From Octopus sinensis (taxonomy: Eukaryota): a DNA stretch of 64,000 bases. The stretch is taken from NCBI RefSeq assembly GCF_006345805.1, contig NC_043002.1:41540001-41604000 (forward strand). Reading direction: 5' to 3'. Under the pieces are notes generated by a model. It was given only the letters and a program-made list of their open reading frames with translations, searched no databases and was not told the DNA's origin. Positions 1 through 12,739 of this stretch are shown one piece after another. The first letter of the stretch is position 1. Every line of letters begins with the position of its first letter. The translations under genes were made by a program, and so were the position numbers.

Positions 1-268
1 ATCTTGGGCAAGGTTCTTTTCTACTACGACATTGAGCTGGCTAGAGTCTTGTGGGTTAATTTGATTGATAGAAACTGAAAGTAGCTCATCATATAAGTGT
101 GTTATGCATGCATGAGTGTCTGTTCAATGTCTTTTTTTCTTGACATTACATTCTGATTGTAAATATTCACTGTTCATATGAAAGCAGTGGTTTGTTTATG
201 ATATTCCATGAAAATATGACCGGGATATTGAGCTGTTCATGTGTAAAGGTCTCAGCAGAAATATTGCC

Positions 269-486
269 AGGCGGTGAGCTGGCAGAAGGTTTGCACGCCG
301 GATGAAATGCTTAGCGGTATTTCGTCTGCCGCTACGTTCTGAGTTCAAATTCCATCGAGGTCGACTTAGCCTTTCATCCTTTCGGGGTCGATTAAATAAG
401 TACCAGTTACGCACTGGGGTCGATGTAATCTGTCTGTCCTTGTTTGTCCCCTCAATGTTTAGCCCCTTGTGAGCAAAATAGAAATA
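269..486 (+). mobile_element. tRNA-derived SINE, family A (working name)
   Basis: A-box-like GGCGGTGAGCTGGCAGAA and B-box-like GAGTTCAAATTCC, core CTTTCATCCTTTCGGGGTCGAT..AAGTACCAG shared with >15 copies in the window; 12-bp TSD AGAAATATTGCC at 257-268 and 487-498. Confidence 0.85.
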
Positions 487-643
487 AGAAATATTGCCTT
501 GCCTTGAAGCAGATGAAAGTTGTTCACAGGAAGAGCAAATTGCCTGACCTATCTATGTAAGTGTGGAAAAGTGAACCCTAGATCAATGATGATGTAGATC
601 TCTCTTTGTCTTTCTGTCTATCTCTCTATTTATCCATCCATCC

Positions 644-670
<27 letters not shown>

Positions 671-674
<4 letters not shown>

Positions 675-948
675 ACTAGACTGTGATCTTGTTGAGGTAT
701 TACTAGTGACCACAGTATTTATATCAGTCTACTACTTACTTTAGATGTTGTTAGTGAACTGGTAAGTTATTGGATGTAATATAAATAGCTGTCAAACACT
801 CTCACATACACAGTTGATAGACTTTTGCACTGCTTCTGTCTACTAAATGCCAATCATAAGCCATTGATCAGTTGGAAGCTATAGTAGAAAAGTAGAAGGC
901 ACTGCAATGGGATCAAATGTAGGACCATATGATGCTTAATACTTGTGC

Positions 949-1000
<52 letters not shown>

Positions 1001-1269
1001 ACTAGACTGTAATCTTGTTGAGGTATTACTAGTGACCACAGTATTTATATCAGTCTACTACTTACTTTAGATGTTGTTAGTGAACTGGTAAGTTATTGGA
1101 TGTAATATAAATAGCTGTCAAACACTCTCACATACACAGTTGATAGACTTTTGCACTGCTTCTGTCTACTAAATGCCAATCATAAGCCATTGATCAGTTG
1201 GAAGCTATAGTAGAAAAGTAGAAGGCACTGCAATGGGATCAAATGTAGGACCATATGATGCTTAATACT

Positions 1270-1276
<7 letters not shown>
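671..1276. repeat. Near-identical ~280-bp tandem duplication bounded by (TA)n tracts
   Basis: 671-950 and 997-1276 match except for one substitution I could see (GTGATC vs GTAATC); (TA)n before, between and after. Confidence 0.9.
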
Positions 1277-1307
<31 letters not shown>

Positions 1308-2066
1308 TTGTATATATGGCTATAAAATTTGTGTTCATTTTAGTATGTTAGTATTTAGTATATGTATACATACGCTAACATGTAAGCACGCACCTTGTTG
1401 AATGGAATTAAAAACAAAAAATTTATGCCAAACTTTCATGCCACTCTATGCTGCTTGCACACACTCACACATACACACACACACACGAAGAAGTTTTTAA
1501 AATGTCTGTGAAAAAAAAAAAAAGACTTATTCCTGATTCTGCTAGTCCCCCACTGCCTTCATACACTGATCATCTCACCAATGTGTTGTCAGCTGGAATC
1601 CTATTTCTTTTGGTAAAATAGGAAAAACATCCCAGTTTTTTTATTTGATCATGTGTAAACATTTTCTCTGTTGATTTTATGTATGAAAGTAATTTGATAG
1701 TAAAGATAGAGCTGTTGTTGTTGTTATTATTATTATTACCTCCACTTAGTGAGAAAAGTATAATCATATCATATTTGTGGGTGTGCGTATAATGTGTGGG
1801 TGTGTATGTGTTTGTGTGATAGACATCTTCTTCACAAGTCTCATCTTAATTCATGTAAACGAAATATTCTTTGTTCATTGAGAATGTTCAAAAACTGATT
1901 AGAAATAAGTCAGGGCTATGGTTTTCAACTGGGCTCCATAGTAAGTTGGGGATCTTCAATAGTATTTTAAAGGCCTCTGAAAAAAAAACAAAATTACTTT
2001 AGGTATATGTATTGGTATGTATTGCAAGAAACAGCTAGATTTCTTTCTCTTACATTTAACATTTTA

Positions 2067-2424
2067 GGCGCAGGCGTGGCTGTGTGGTACGAAGCTTGCT
2101 TCCCAACCTCATGGTTCCGGGTTCAGTCCCACTGCACTGCTCCTTGGGCGTCTTTTGCTATAGTCTCAGTCCAACCAAAGCTTTGTGAGAGGATTTGGTA
2201 GAAAGAAGCCTGTTATATAATATATATGTGTGTTTGTTTGTACTCCCACCGTCGCTTGACAACCAATGTCGTGTTTACGACCCGTAACTTAGTGGTTCAG
2301 CAAAAGGAATAAATAAAAATAAACTCTGGTGGGGAGGGGGTTGATTTGTTTAACCAAAAAGCCCCTTCAAAGCAGTGCTCCAGCATGGCCACAGTCTAAT
2401 TACTGAAACTAGAATAAAGAATAG
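2067..2424 (+). mobile_element. tRNA-derived SINE, family B
   Basis: Head GGCGCAGGCGTGGCTGTGTGG..GGTTCAGTCCC, internal (TA)(TG) tract, tail GTGCTCCAGCATGGCCACAGTC; >15 related copies in the window. Confidence 0.85.
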
Positions 2425-2521
2425 TTCTACCTACACAAGTTCGATGCTCTAACCACTGAGCCATGCACCTTCACAAGTAGCCATAAATATTCTCTTTGTC
2501 ATCTATCCTTGATCCTATGTA

Positions 2522-2708
2522 ATATCCAGGGTGTTACTCCTGGAAGCAACGAGGGCTTTACCAGTATTAAGTCACTTACTTTACTTAAGGCCCTTCATTC
2601 CATATGGAGCACTTTCCATCAATGACTTTTCTCAGCTGTTCATGACTCTGAGTTGTCAAAGTCCACTCCTTCAGTGGTGAAGAGCTCATGTAATCACACC
2701 CTGGATAT
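2522..2708. repeat. Segment bounded by a perfect 12-bp inverted repeat (possible MITE)
   Basis: ATATCCAGGGTG at 2522-2533 and CACCCTGGATAT at 2697-2708; resembles TA-CAGGGTG ends of Tc1/mariner-type MITEs; single copy in the window. Confidence 0.4.
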
Positions 2709-2954
2709 TTCTCTGAGTCAGGTATGAAGGATGTATGCACATGCATACATTCACATACTTGTATGTACTTTTACTGGTCTAATATTTATCCCCACTTCAA
2801 TGTGGAACCGAGTGCATTTTGCACTAAGAGTTTCTTTCATAGTATATCTGTCAGAGTATATTCTATTCTGACAGGATATCCTTGTTTAAAAGAGGATAAT
2901 TTCACCTCTCATTATTAATACTGCCTATGTCACCAACATATACTTTTTTGTACT

Positions 2955-3295
2955 GGTTTAAGTCATTGATCTATGACCATATTGGAGCACTATCTTTAGG
3001 TGTTTTATGATGATTTAGTGTTCCCAGCTCTTCATTCACTCTGGTTCATATTTTATCATTCCATATTCCTATATTTTATTAAATGGATAAGTTGCCATAT
3101 TGATTCAAGTGGTGGTGTTTTGTGAAACACATACATGAATCTGTCCATCCATCCATCCATCAATGACAGGTTTCTGGATAGTTTCCAGTTACTAAATTCC
3201 ACATGGTCTATATGCATATTAGAAGACACTTGTCCAATGTGCTGCACAGTAGGAATGAACCCGGAAGCACATGGTTACGTTGCGATGGTCTTATT
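2955..3295 (-). mobile_element. SINE family B, diverged
   Basis: Reverse complement of B head (AGAAGACACTTGTCCAA..GCAGTAGGAATGAACCC) and B tail. Confidence 0.7.
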
Positions 3296-3769
3296 CAAAC
3301 ATCCCTGTTTGTATTCCTGTACAAATGTATTTGGTTTCAGTTGCCTTGAAGCAGGGTGTGTTTGATTATATAATCTCACTGTATAACTGATGCTAATTTT
3401 GTTATAGGAAGGGGCATGAAACTAAATATTTAAGGCATTTAGTCTTGATGCTTGAACGCTAGCCCTTTTTACCACCCACAGACACATGTGCATGTGTAGA
3501 TGTGCTTGCCAGAGAGAGAGAGAAAGAAACAAATGTAATAATACATGTACTTTTACTTATAAGTTTATTTGCCTACACTCATCTTCCAAGCTTATAAATA
3601 CTGACTCTAATTATCATTTCTTCTTATTTTTTCAACTTCGCTTTTTATTGTAGGTGCTAACCAATCTGCAACAAGTTTATAATGTTCGTGTTTTTATCTT
3701 TTCTCTTTAACTTGATTCCTCTCAGTCATGATATGGATATCTTCTCCATCCTCTTTTGTTTTATATGTA

Positions 3770-3968
3770 TTATTACCTCTGCCTTAGCGAAGGCAGAAGT
3801 ATTGTTTTCAGTCATGTTTGTTTGTTTGTTTGTTTGTTTGCCTGTGGACAAAATATCTCAAGAACTGCTGGATGGATTTGGATGAAACTTTCAGGGATGT
3901 TTGGCCTCATGACTGGCATGAACTGATTAGATTTTGGGATCGATCTAGTACCAGACAAGGATTCTGGA
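3770..3968 (+). mobile_element. Helentron-associated non-autonomous (HINE/DINE-1-like) element fragment
   Basis: TTATTACCTCTGCC-loop-GGCAGAAGT hairpin followed by a (GTTT)n tract and GGATTTGGATGAAACTT, the layout known for HINE-type elements. Confidence 0.55.
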
Positions 3969-3979
3969 GTACGTTCTCT

Positions 3980-4457
3980 ATTTATGGAGTCAATAGAATA
4001 AGTACCAGTTGAGTACTGAGGTCGATGTAATTGACTACCCCCCTCTTCCAAATTTCAGGCCTCGTGCCTATAGTAGAAAGGCATATTATTGTTAGTAGCA
4101 AGCTGGCAGAATTGTTAGCACAGCAAATAAAATGTTTGGCACCATTTCATCCGTCTTTATGTTCTGGGTTCAAATTCCACCGTGGTTGACTTCTTTGCCT
4201 TTAATCCTTTCAGGGTCGATGAAATAAATACCAGTTATGCACTGGAGTTGATGTAATCGACTAGTTCTCCTCCCCCAAATTTCAGGCCTTGTGCCTTTAG
4301 TAGAAAGGATTATTATTATTATTGGCAGTGAACTGGCAGAATTGTTAGTACAGAAGAGAAAATACTTAGCAGTATTTCATATCTTTATGTTCTGACTTCA
4401 AATTCTGCTGAGGTTGACTTTGACCTCTGTCATTTCGGGGTCAATAAAATAAGTACC
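3980..4457 (+). mobile_element. Head-to-tail run of three family A SINEs
   Basis: Three successive A cores, the first two ending AAATTTCAGGCC..GTGCC..TAGTAGAAAGG(ATT)n; third truncated where family F begins. Confidence 0.75.
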
Positions 4458-4461
4458 ACAG

Positions 4462-4729
4462 TTTAAGAGATGAGGAATTATGTTCATTATTTACATTTGA
4501 CGGATATTTGTCCTCATCATGTTTGTTGTTAACACAATGTTTCAGCTGATATACCCTCCAGACTTCATCAGGTGTCTTGGGGAAATTTTGAACCTGGGTT
4601 CTCATTCCTGAGGTATTTTTTGTTGTTATTATTATTATTATTGTTCAGGTCACTGCTTGGAATCGAACTCAGGATCTTGAGATTAGTAGCCCGTGCTCTT
4701 ACACTACACCATATGCCCATGGGCATATG
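4462..4729 (-). mobile_element. Family F element copy 1: tRNA-like head plus hammerhead-bearing tail
   Basis: Minus strand: tRNA-like head with B-box GAGTTCGATTCC, (AAT)n, then AGACAC-CTGATGA..GAAAC; homologous to 32095-32385. Confidence 0.8.
4531..4577 (-). ncRNA. Degenerate minimal type I hammerhead motif (family F copy 1)
   Basis: AGACAC CTGATGA A GTCTG-loop-CAGCT GAA ACAT T GTGTT; core intact, stem II and palindromic stem III mutated. Confidence 0.55.
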
Positions 4730-5695
4730 AACAGTTGAATATAGAATATAGAACAGGTCTTAAGCTTTTCTAGAGTATGTTGCTTGATGGTTATTTTAGC
4801 TAAAGCTCTTTAGAATATCATATATCTCACAGAATCTCTCATGTATTCTGTCCATATGCTTAATTTACATTATAGAGAGATTTTTTTTATTGATCTATGC
4901 ACATGATTTGGATTCAATTCTCAATTGTAGACATTTTACATTACTTATCTCATTAATGTCTCAGAAAAAATTATAAACATCACACAGTGTCATTACTGTT
5001 TCATTGATTTATATCTTCTGTTTCTGCAGTTAGTAAATTGTATCTTTTATTTTTATTTTTTTTTTTACTTGTTTCAGTCTTTGGACTGCAGCCATTCTGG
5101 GGTACTGCCTTGAAAGGGTTTAGTTGAATAAATTGACCCAGTGCTTGTTTTGTTTTAAAGTTTGATTCTTATTCTACCAGGATGTAAACAAACTAACACT
5201 GGTTGTTAAGCAACGGTTTTACATAGTGTCTCAGCTTGGCTGCAGTTCAATGGCTGAAGCAAGCAAACAAATGTAAGATTGCTCAGAAATTTTGACTGAT
5301 TAAACAAGCCATTCTATTATTCAGTTACTTTCACAACCCATTCTGACTTGGAGCAGTACTCTCACCATAGTTGTTCTTCCTAATTATATCACCTTTGCAC
5401 AGCAATTATACAGCAAATTCAGAATGACTTCTGGGTAAAAATCAAAACATTATTCTCTAAATAATTCTGTTTTGCTATGTCATCTAATGTACAATCTTGT
5501 ACATTTATTTCAGAATTCTTTTATCACTACTTTGGCAGATGTGGTGGATTCTTTTCTTTGCTGAAGAGGTCACAATAGGATTTAAAATAATAAATTGTTG
5601 ATCAATATTCTTTTCTTTGTTGCATAATTATTTCTAATTCACTTTTTAATTCTTCCTCATTAGATACATTAACACTAACTTAACTATTAATGTAA

Positions 5696-5915
5696 ATCAT
5701 TATCATTTAATCCAGCCGTATTCAGCCCAAATATTTGATCTGTTTTATGTTCAAACTGACCAGATTCAGCCTCTCACACTTAACCTACAATGTCATTCTA
5801 GAAATAAACAATGACATCATTGAAATCTCAAAGCTACAAGATAATGCATGAATAATTCAAAGCAATGTTAATAAACAAGCATTATATTTGGCAGAGTAAT
5901 CTGAATGCTAAAGGG
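5696..5915 (-). mobile_element. piggyBac-type MITE
   Basis: Ends AATGCTAAAGGG-TTAA; same family at 8125, 35610, 43439, 60612. Confidence 0.7.
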
Positions 5916-6199
5916 TTAAAAACGTTTTAACTCCTGTGATTTCTACTTTTTGTTGTTGACTGATGTGCTTTCTGTTATTGACTTGTACCAACCAGAATGT
6001 TAATTTCTGAAACTACCTCTGAGTAGGTTGTTACAAAATGTTCTGCTAAAAGCATGTTAAAAACTTGGAAAAGTTTTGTTGCTCATTAGTTTACTGCAAT
6101 ATCAACACAACTAGAATTCACTTTTGTATCCAACACTGGTGATGCTTTAACTCTGATCACTTTTTTTTTTGTTTTGGAAGATTTCTGAATTATTTATGA

Positions 6200-6535
6200 A
6201 CTTCTCGGCTGCAGTCCCACTGTCTTGAGAAGGTGTCTTCTACTATAGCCCTCGGCGAATAAATGCCTTGTGAGTGAATTTGGTAAATGGAAACTGTAGA
6301 AGCCTGTTGTGTGTGTGGATATATATAAATGTGTGTCTGTGTTTGTCCCCTACTCCACTACTTGACAAACGGTGTTGGTTAATGCCTCTGTAACTTAGCA
6401 GTTAGGCAAAGGAGACCATTAAAATAAATATCAAACTTTAAAACAGTATTGGGGGTGATTTGTTTAACTAAAACTCAAGGTGGTGCTCCAGTATGGTCGC
6501 AATCCAAAGACTGGAACATTGTAACAGAAAAAGAT
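6200..6535 (+). mobile_element. SINE family B, 5'-truncated
   Basis: GCCTTGTGAGTGAATTTGGTA..GGTGCTCCAGTATGGTCGC match to B body and tail. Confidence 0.7.
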
Positions 6536-7507
6536 AACATGTAATCTTTAATTCATTGACTGATTTCTCTCTCTCCTTTTTTTTTAATTGATTTCTATTA
6601 TAACTCTTCTATTCCTTTTTTTTTATCTTCTTTACAATCCTTCACCCCAATTTCCTCCACAAACTCTACACATTGCTAGGTTGTTTATTCACCAGCTGTG
6701 GGTTCCCTCAGGGTTTCCTCAATGCACCTGTTGGTCACTTAATAATAGGCTGTTTTGTTTCCACTTTTTTTTTGATACTTCCTCTTATTTTTTATTTTTT
6801 GTTTAGCTAGATCATCTAGCATTTTTTTTTCTTTCTTCCATGTCCAATTAAATTCTCTCTTGACAAGATTGCTCTACTGCAGTAAGATACATTTTACAGT
6901 TACTAATCCATACAATCTGATATCTTATCAGATTTAAAACACAGACCTTTAAACTTTGAATCTTAAATCTATTGCCATATAACCCCAGGTTATTTCTGGT
7001 TGATCAAACCTAGGATCAAAGGCATTCCAGTTATGACCAACCCATTTATGTTTGATAATATATAAAATAGTACTACATGCACATATAATAGGACTTCATT
7101 ACCTTATGTGTACTTTTAGAAGGAAAGAGTATGAGTTGAGAGAGATTTGGCTGCAAGTTCTAGCAGGCCGATTGACTGTGTGAAGGTTCCCTTGTTGGCT
7201 TATCTCAAATAACATTGTTTAGTGTTTAAATTAGTTTTACACTGAAATCTTCTGTTGAAATATGTTAGAAATTGATCCGCAATTACTGTTATCATTGAAT
7301 AGTTGTTTATTAAATACACTCACAAGGCATTGGCCAGTTCAAGGCTGTAGCAAGAAATATATATCCAAAGTGCATACGGTGGGACAGAACCCACAGCCAT
7401 GTGGTTGGGAAGCAAACTTTTCATCCCTGTAATTGCAGGTAGTTTTCATCCCTGTAATTGCAGGTGGTTTTCTATTATAATTCCATTCACATATAGAATA
7501 CTTGTAT

Positions 7508-7810
7508 TCTTTGTTCCTTCATGAGCCACGCCTGGCTCATAAGGGCTGGTTTCCCAGTTTCCTTGGCGTATAGGTTCCCCACCTGGATGGGACGCCAGTC
7601 TGTCGCAGGTGAGCTGCAAGATGCAGGAGGAAAGAGTTAGAGAAAGTTGTGGCAAAAGAGTCAGCAGAAGTTTGCCATTACCTTCTGCCGGATCCGCATG
7701 GAGCTTAGGTGTTTTGCTCATAAACACACTCATCGCCCAGTCTGAGATTCGAACCCGTGATCCCTCGACTGCGAGTCCGCTGCTCTAACCACTAGGCCAT
7801 GTGCCTCCAC
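7508..7810 (-). mobile_element. tRNA-derived SINE, family E
   Basis: Minus-strand head GTGGAGGCACATGGCCTAGTGGTTAGAGC..GGGTTCGAATC; 14-bp TSD TAGAATACTTGTAT at 7494-7507 and 7811-7824. Confidence 0.85.
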
Positions 7811-8124
7811 TAGAATACTTGTATAGGAGTATTAAATTAAATCCAGTACTTGACTGATACTTTATCTTATTAATCTCTTTATTTTATTGATCTTGCCAAC
7901 TTCATAAGTATATACTGTCTGTATAGGTGTTCATAAATTATCTTTACAATTTCAACAGATTATCATCTAGATGTGTTGCATGCAACCAATGGAGCCCACA
8001 TAGAAGTGTACTGGTGTTTTCAATAAAACTTTGTTTGCCTATGTTTTCCAATAAACTCTTCTGAGTTATTATAAAGGTAATTTATAGACACCCTGTATTT
8101 TGCTTGAAATTAAGATTTGCTTAA

Positions 8125-8321
8125 CCCTTCAGCATTCAGATTAGTCTATCAAATATAACAATTAATTATTCACATTGTTTTGAATTTATCCTGCATTATC
8201 TTGTAGCCTGAAAATTTTAGATTAACATTGTAGGATAGGTCTGAGAGGCTGGATCTGGCCAATTTGAATATAAAACAGGAGAATATTTTGGCCGGATATG
8301 CCTGATTTAAATTCTAAAGGG
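8125..8321 (+). mobile_element. piggyBac-type MITE
   Basis: TTAA-CCCTTCAGCATT...ATTCTAAAGGG-TTGA: CCC/GGG termini with TTAA-like target. Confidence 0.75.
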
Positions 8322-9585
8322 TTGATAACTGATTTTGTTGAAATGGTCTATCTAATTTCTGTTATGTACAATACAGTAAAATGTATATAGTAATTATTTT
8401 AAATGTAAATCATTCACAAGGCCTTTGTTCCCCAAGGCTATGGGTAGAAGACACTTGCCTGAGGAATTGCATAGTGGTTTAAACCTGGAATAATGTAGAT
8501 GAATTTTAAGAAAAATTAGATTTTGAATATCTATTGAATCAAAGATTTATTTTGTAACTAGGATTACAGAGAGATAGTATGTAATTTTTCACTTTTAAAT
8601 TAAGTTTGGAGATGGTCCACTTAAATAGCTGTTGACATTTTAAGCTTTGAAATCTCAGAAATTACACAAAATGACTAGAAAATAAGAGTCAAATACCCTT
8701 CAAATCACACCATACCACCTTCAGAGTTGTAAAGAGTTCACCCAAGGCCAAACCACATTATGTAATATGCCTGAATAAAAGATGGAACAGTCATAGCTGG
8801 AAAGCCTTTGGTGAAAGCTAGCTCAAATGAGACTGACCTGGGAGTATGCAATAACATTGAGCAGTGATTGGCTGTCTGTGTCAGCTGTGACTAGAAGGAA
8901 TTTTCTGAGGAATTTTCATCCCTTTTTTTTTTTTTTGCATAATGTGTTATTTTCAAATTAATTTTAATTTTCTCATTATGGTATTTTTAAAATTCCAAAT
9001 ATTTGATAAAATGTCATTAAGTACAGTACTCTCTCCACTTACTCTACTTGAGTTGGTGATATAGTGCTTTGGCTCTCTACTAATATCATTTAAACTGATT
9101 CTTCATTATAACTATTCAAATTCAATATTAATGTGTGTGAGTGTGAGAGAGAGAGAGAAAGAGAGAGTGAGTGAGATAGAGCAGTAGAGAGTGAGAGAAA
9201 GAGAAGGGGTGAGAGAGAGAGAAAGAGAGATGAGGAGTGAGAGAGAGAAAAATAAAATAAAATACTAATAGGGTACAATACATATTCAGCTGCTGTTTCT
9301 GTTTTATAATACCAGGACAGCTTCAGTTGAGGAATCCTGTGTGGTGAGCAGGGTTTGCCACAAGGCTCTTCTACTGAACAACCAGGCTTCACCCACAGAT
9401 CTCTTTTTCCAATCATATCATATCTCCTCTTGATTGAAGGGCCATACTGCACACTCCAGCATGCAGTGGGAAAGTCTGGACAGTTGCACTCACTGTATTG
9501 TCCAGTTTATTTCAGTCTGTCTGTTGTTTATAAACTTTATTCATTTTTCTTAACAGTAATGAAATTAACAAGGGAGCCTCTTCAG

Positions 9586-9933
9586 CTGGGATTCTCAACC
9601 ATTTTTTTTATCTATGGACCCCTTTGATTACTATTTTATTCCAGTGGACCACCCCTACCCATTCTATGCTTAAAAATTAGTTTTATAGATACTTCTTTCA
9701 AAATTCCTGTTTTGTTTTTCACATATTAACTTTTATAGGTTGAACTATGTAAAAATATTAGTGAAACCTGGCTGTTTCTTGCAATGCATACCAATACATA
9801 TATCTTAAAGCGAAATTTTTTCAGGAGCCCTAGAGTACTGTTGTGAATGCCCAATTTACTATTTTGTTGCATGGACCCCAAAAATCTTACATGAATCCTC
9901 AGGGGCCATATGGACCCTGGTTGAGAAACACTG
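9586..9933. mobile_element. hAT (Charlie-like) MITE
   Basis: GGGATTCTCAACC ... GGTTGAGAAACACTG terminal inverted repeats; related copy in opposite orientation at 56326-56570. Confidence 0.7.
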
Positions 9934-10145
9934 CTTCACAAGGTCGATTGACATGCTTAAAAAAAAAAGCAGTCTTGTTTCCCACTACACCCTACTCTCT
10001 TAAAATACAGCATGGGATATATTACATAGTGTAGTCTGAGATACTTTTAAAAAGGTACATGATGGTCACAATTGGATTACCTTTGAAGACAGGTGTGCTT
10101 GATCAGTGCTGGTTTTAGGCTAAGTAACAACAAGCATAACAATAA

Positions 10146-10594
10146 CATTGTGTAACATGATTTTTGTCCTTGGCTAACAACTATTATTTCCTATTTATTT
10201 ACCTGCTAGAAAGTATGAAAAATAGCTAATATTTTCTTCAAATTTTGCTTTTGTTACATTTATTCAAACCCCAAAGAATCCCTCTCAACACATGGCTATG
10301 ATGCTTCCCCACTACAACTGCTCATAATCAGAGATGTGCACATATTGTCTGACAAGCATATCTGTGGCATTGAGCAGAATATTTGTTATGTTATTTCTGC
10401 TTCAGCAACTCAGCACTGAATCTGTCTGAAATGTAATGGAAAATAGGTCAGTTTCAAAACATTGATGTCCAGGTCACAATAGCAAAGTTTGAAGGGAATA
10501 GTAGTCATGTCATTTGATTTCTAGATAGAAACAAATAGGAAATAACACTTACTGACCAAAGACGAAAACAAAATTAAAATTTTGTTACACAGTG
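10146..10594. mobile_element. Non-autonomous element with CAC..GTG TIRs (Chapaev3/CMC-like)
   Basis: CATTGTGTAACA at 10146 vs TGTTACACAGTG ending 10594, followed and preceded by T-rich subterminal matches. Confidence 0.5.
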
Positions 10595-12739
10595 TAATCT
10601 GATTGTAGATGAATATCAGAAACTGTTAATCCAAAACATTTAGATTAAATCAGGAAGTAAGGATTGCTTTGCGATAATCAAGTAAGTTTTGAATTTAGAT
10701 AGATGAAACCTATATGTATGTAGATTATCAGAATTGCTTCTTAAAGTGAATTCTGTTATTTTGTCTTTTCTTTTATCGTATAGACTTGTGATAGTGAAAA
10801 TAGTAATACAAGAAAGAAGTTTCTTACATATCATGATTTTGCTTTTTTTGTTCAAGACATCATGTTTCAATTTTTTTTGTTGTTTTTGGTTCTGTTCCAT
10901 TTTTCTGCCATTCATTGTTTCTTGAGTATTCTAAAGAAGAATATTTGATGGAACTGGCTAAACTATTCATCGTTCACATTCACCTAATAAATTTGGCACT
11001 GAGGTACATCTTGCTTGTCAGGGTAAATTTAAGCTATTGGAACAACACTGAATTTACATGAAAACTAGTAGACAAGTTTAAAGGAATTTTGAAGATGGAA
11101 AACATTTTCTTTTATTCATAGCAAAATTAAAAAAAAAAGTTTTTTCAAAATATCAACCAACTTTATAAAGTTTTCAAAGATATCTGAAACTGCCTCTGGT
11201 TCTTTAATTCAAAATTGCTGTTTTTTTAAATGTATTTATCTTAATATTGAAATGTGTATCATAATTTTTTATGTTCTAAACATCCAACCTAATATAAGAA
11301 TAAACGAAAATATTTATTTTATCAAACCCTCTAAGTAGTTCACTATTTTAAAGGTAGCCAAACATGTAGGTGTATTTCATCATCACCATCATCATCATTA
11401 TTATCATCATCATCATCACATCTGTTGTTCATGATAGCATCTGTTGCACAGCTTGAAAAGTTGGAGATTCACATCTTGCTTTAGTGTCTTAGTTTTGGTA
11501 TGATTCTATTGTCTGGATACCCTTCCTAACACCAGTCATTTTGCCATGTCTACTTGATGCATTTTTTTTTTGTGGCACCAGTACTATAGAAGTTGTCTTG
11601 CCCTCAGAAATGCAAAAGAGTCCTCTTAGTTTCTATGTTGTCATCGCTTGATTCACCAGCCACTTTACAGAATGTACAGGGTGCCTTTCTTTTAATATGG
11701 TACCAGCACAAATGGGGTTGCCATGAAGGTTCAGAAACTAAATGAGTAGATATTTTAATAGGATGGAAGGAATAGGAATATGGTCATGAAAAGGTTTTAA
11801 TGGAAACTATCTGAATGAAGAAAGATTTGTTATCAAAGACTAAAGGATTATTGAATTTTGAAATATTCTATCCTTAAGTTTTCTTTGTAGAATGAATTGT
11901 TGTTGCAATAATAGATTTCACAAAGTTTAACTTATGTGAGTGAGTACTAATGTACTTAAGATGTAGTGAACTGAAAACTCTTCAATTAAAATTACTGTTG
12001 CTATGAGGGGAGGAAAATAAAAATTCAATGGCTTAATGTTAATAAAAACTAGTCAAAAGAGAAGGGCAACAACTCTGTACTTTTAATTAAGTTAAAATTA
12101 ACATTATGCATGTTGTGAGGAGGAAAACGTTGGTTTGAGAATTAATATTGATTTTAATTTGATTTTTGCCAAGCTCAGTTGCAATTAAGGATATGCTTTG
12201 GTATTGGTAGACTGCTTTGGCAAAACATTAGTCTTTCCACTACTTGCCTGGCAGGATTACTCTTTAGATGTACAAAAAATATACATAAGTTGTCATGACA
12301 ACATCACATAATGACTGAAGAAAATTACCTAGGGACACCATCTATATGGAAAATAATAATAGAGTTAAGTGCTAACATACCTAATGGATCGGATAAAACA
12401 ATTTTCTGTTAATTAATAACGCTCATTTGAAACGAAGAGAGGAAAACCAGCTCAGTGATTAATATTTCCTGGTGTGATCCTTGGGGTGTTTTGTGAAAGT
12501 ATAGTCTGATTACCGTTTTCTTTAATTCCATTTAAGAAAAATGTATTGGAATTCATTAGTTAGTCTTGTTTTTTTTTTAAATAGCTGAGATAATTATCTA
12601 AAGCAGTGCTCCCCCTTCCTTCCTGCCAGGGTTTCATGCCATGTCTTAGTAGGTGGTTAACAACCACGAAGTGGGAGGCAAGCAATACAGTTCATTTCAA
12701 GAAATTGCATTCACTACTATTATTACATGTGCATAATAA

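Noticed and set aside
7418-7465. 23-bp direct repeat TTTTCATCCCTGTAATTGCAGGT x2
   Set aside because: Simple slippage duplication at a truncated SINE junction; no evidence of function
7740-7810. tRNA-gene-like sequences (here and at many SINE heads)
   Set aside because: A/B boxes are present but there is no acceptor-stem closure; each continues into a repeat body, and this one has a TSD
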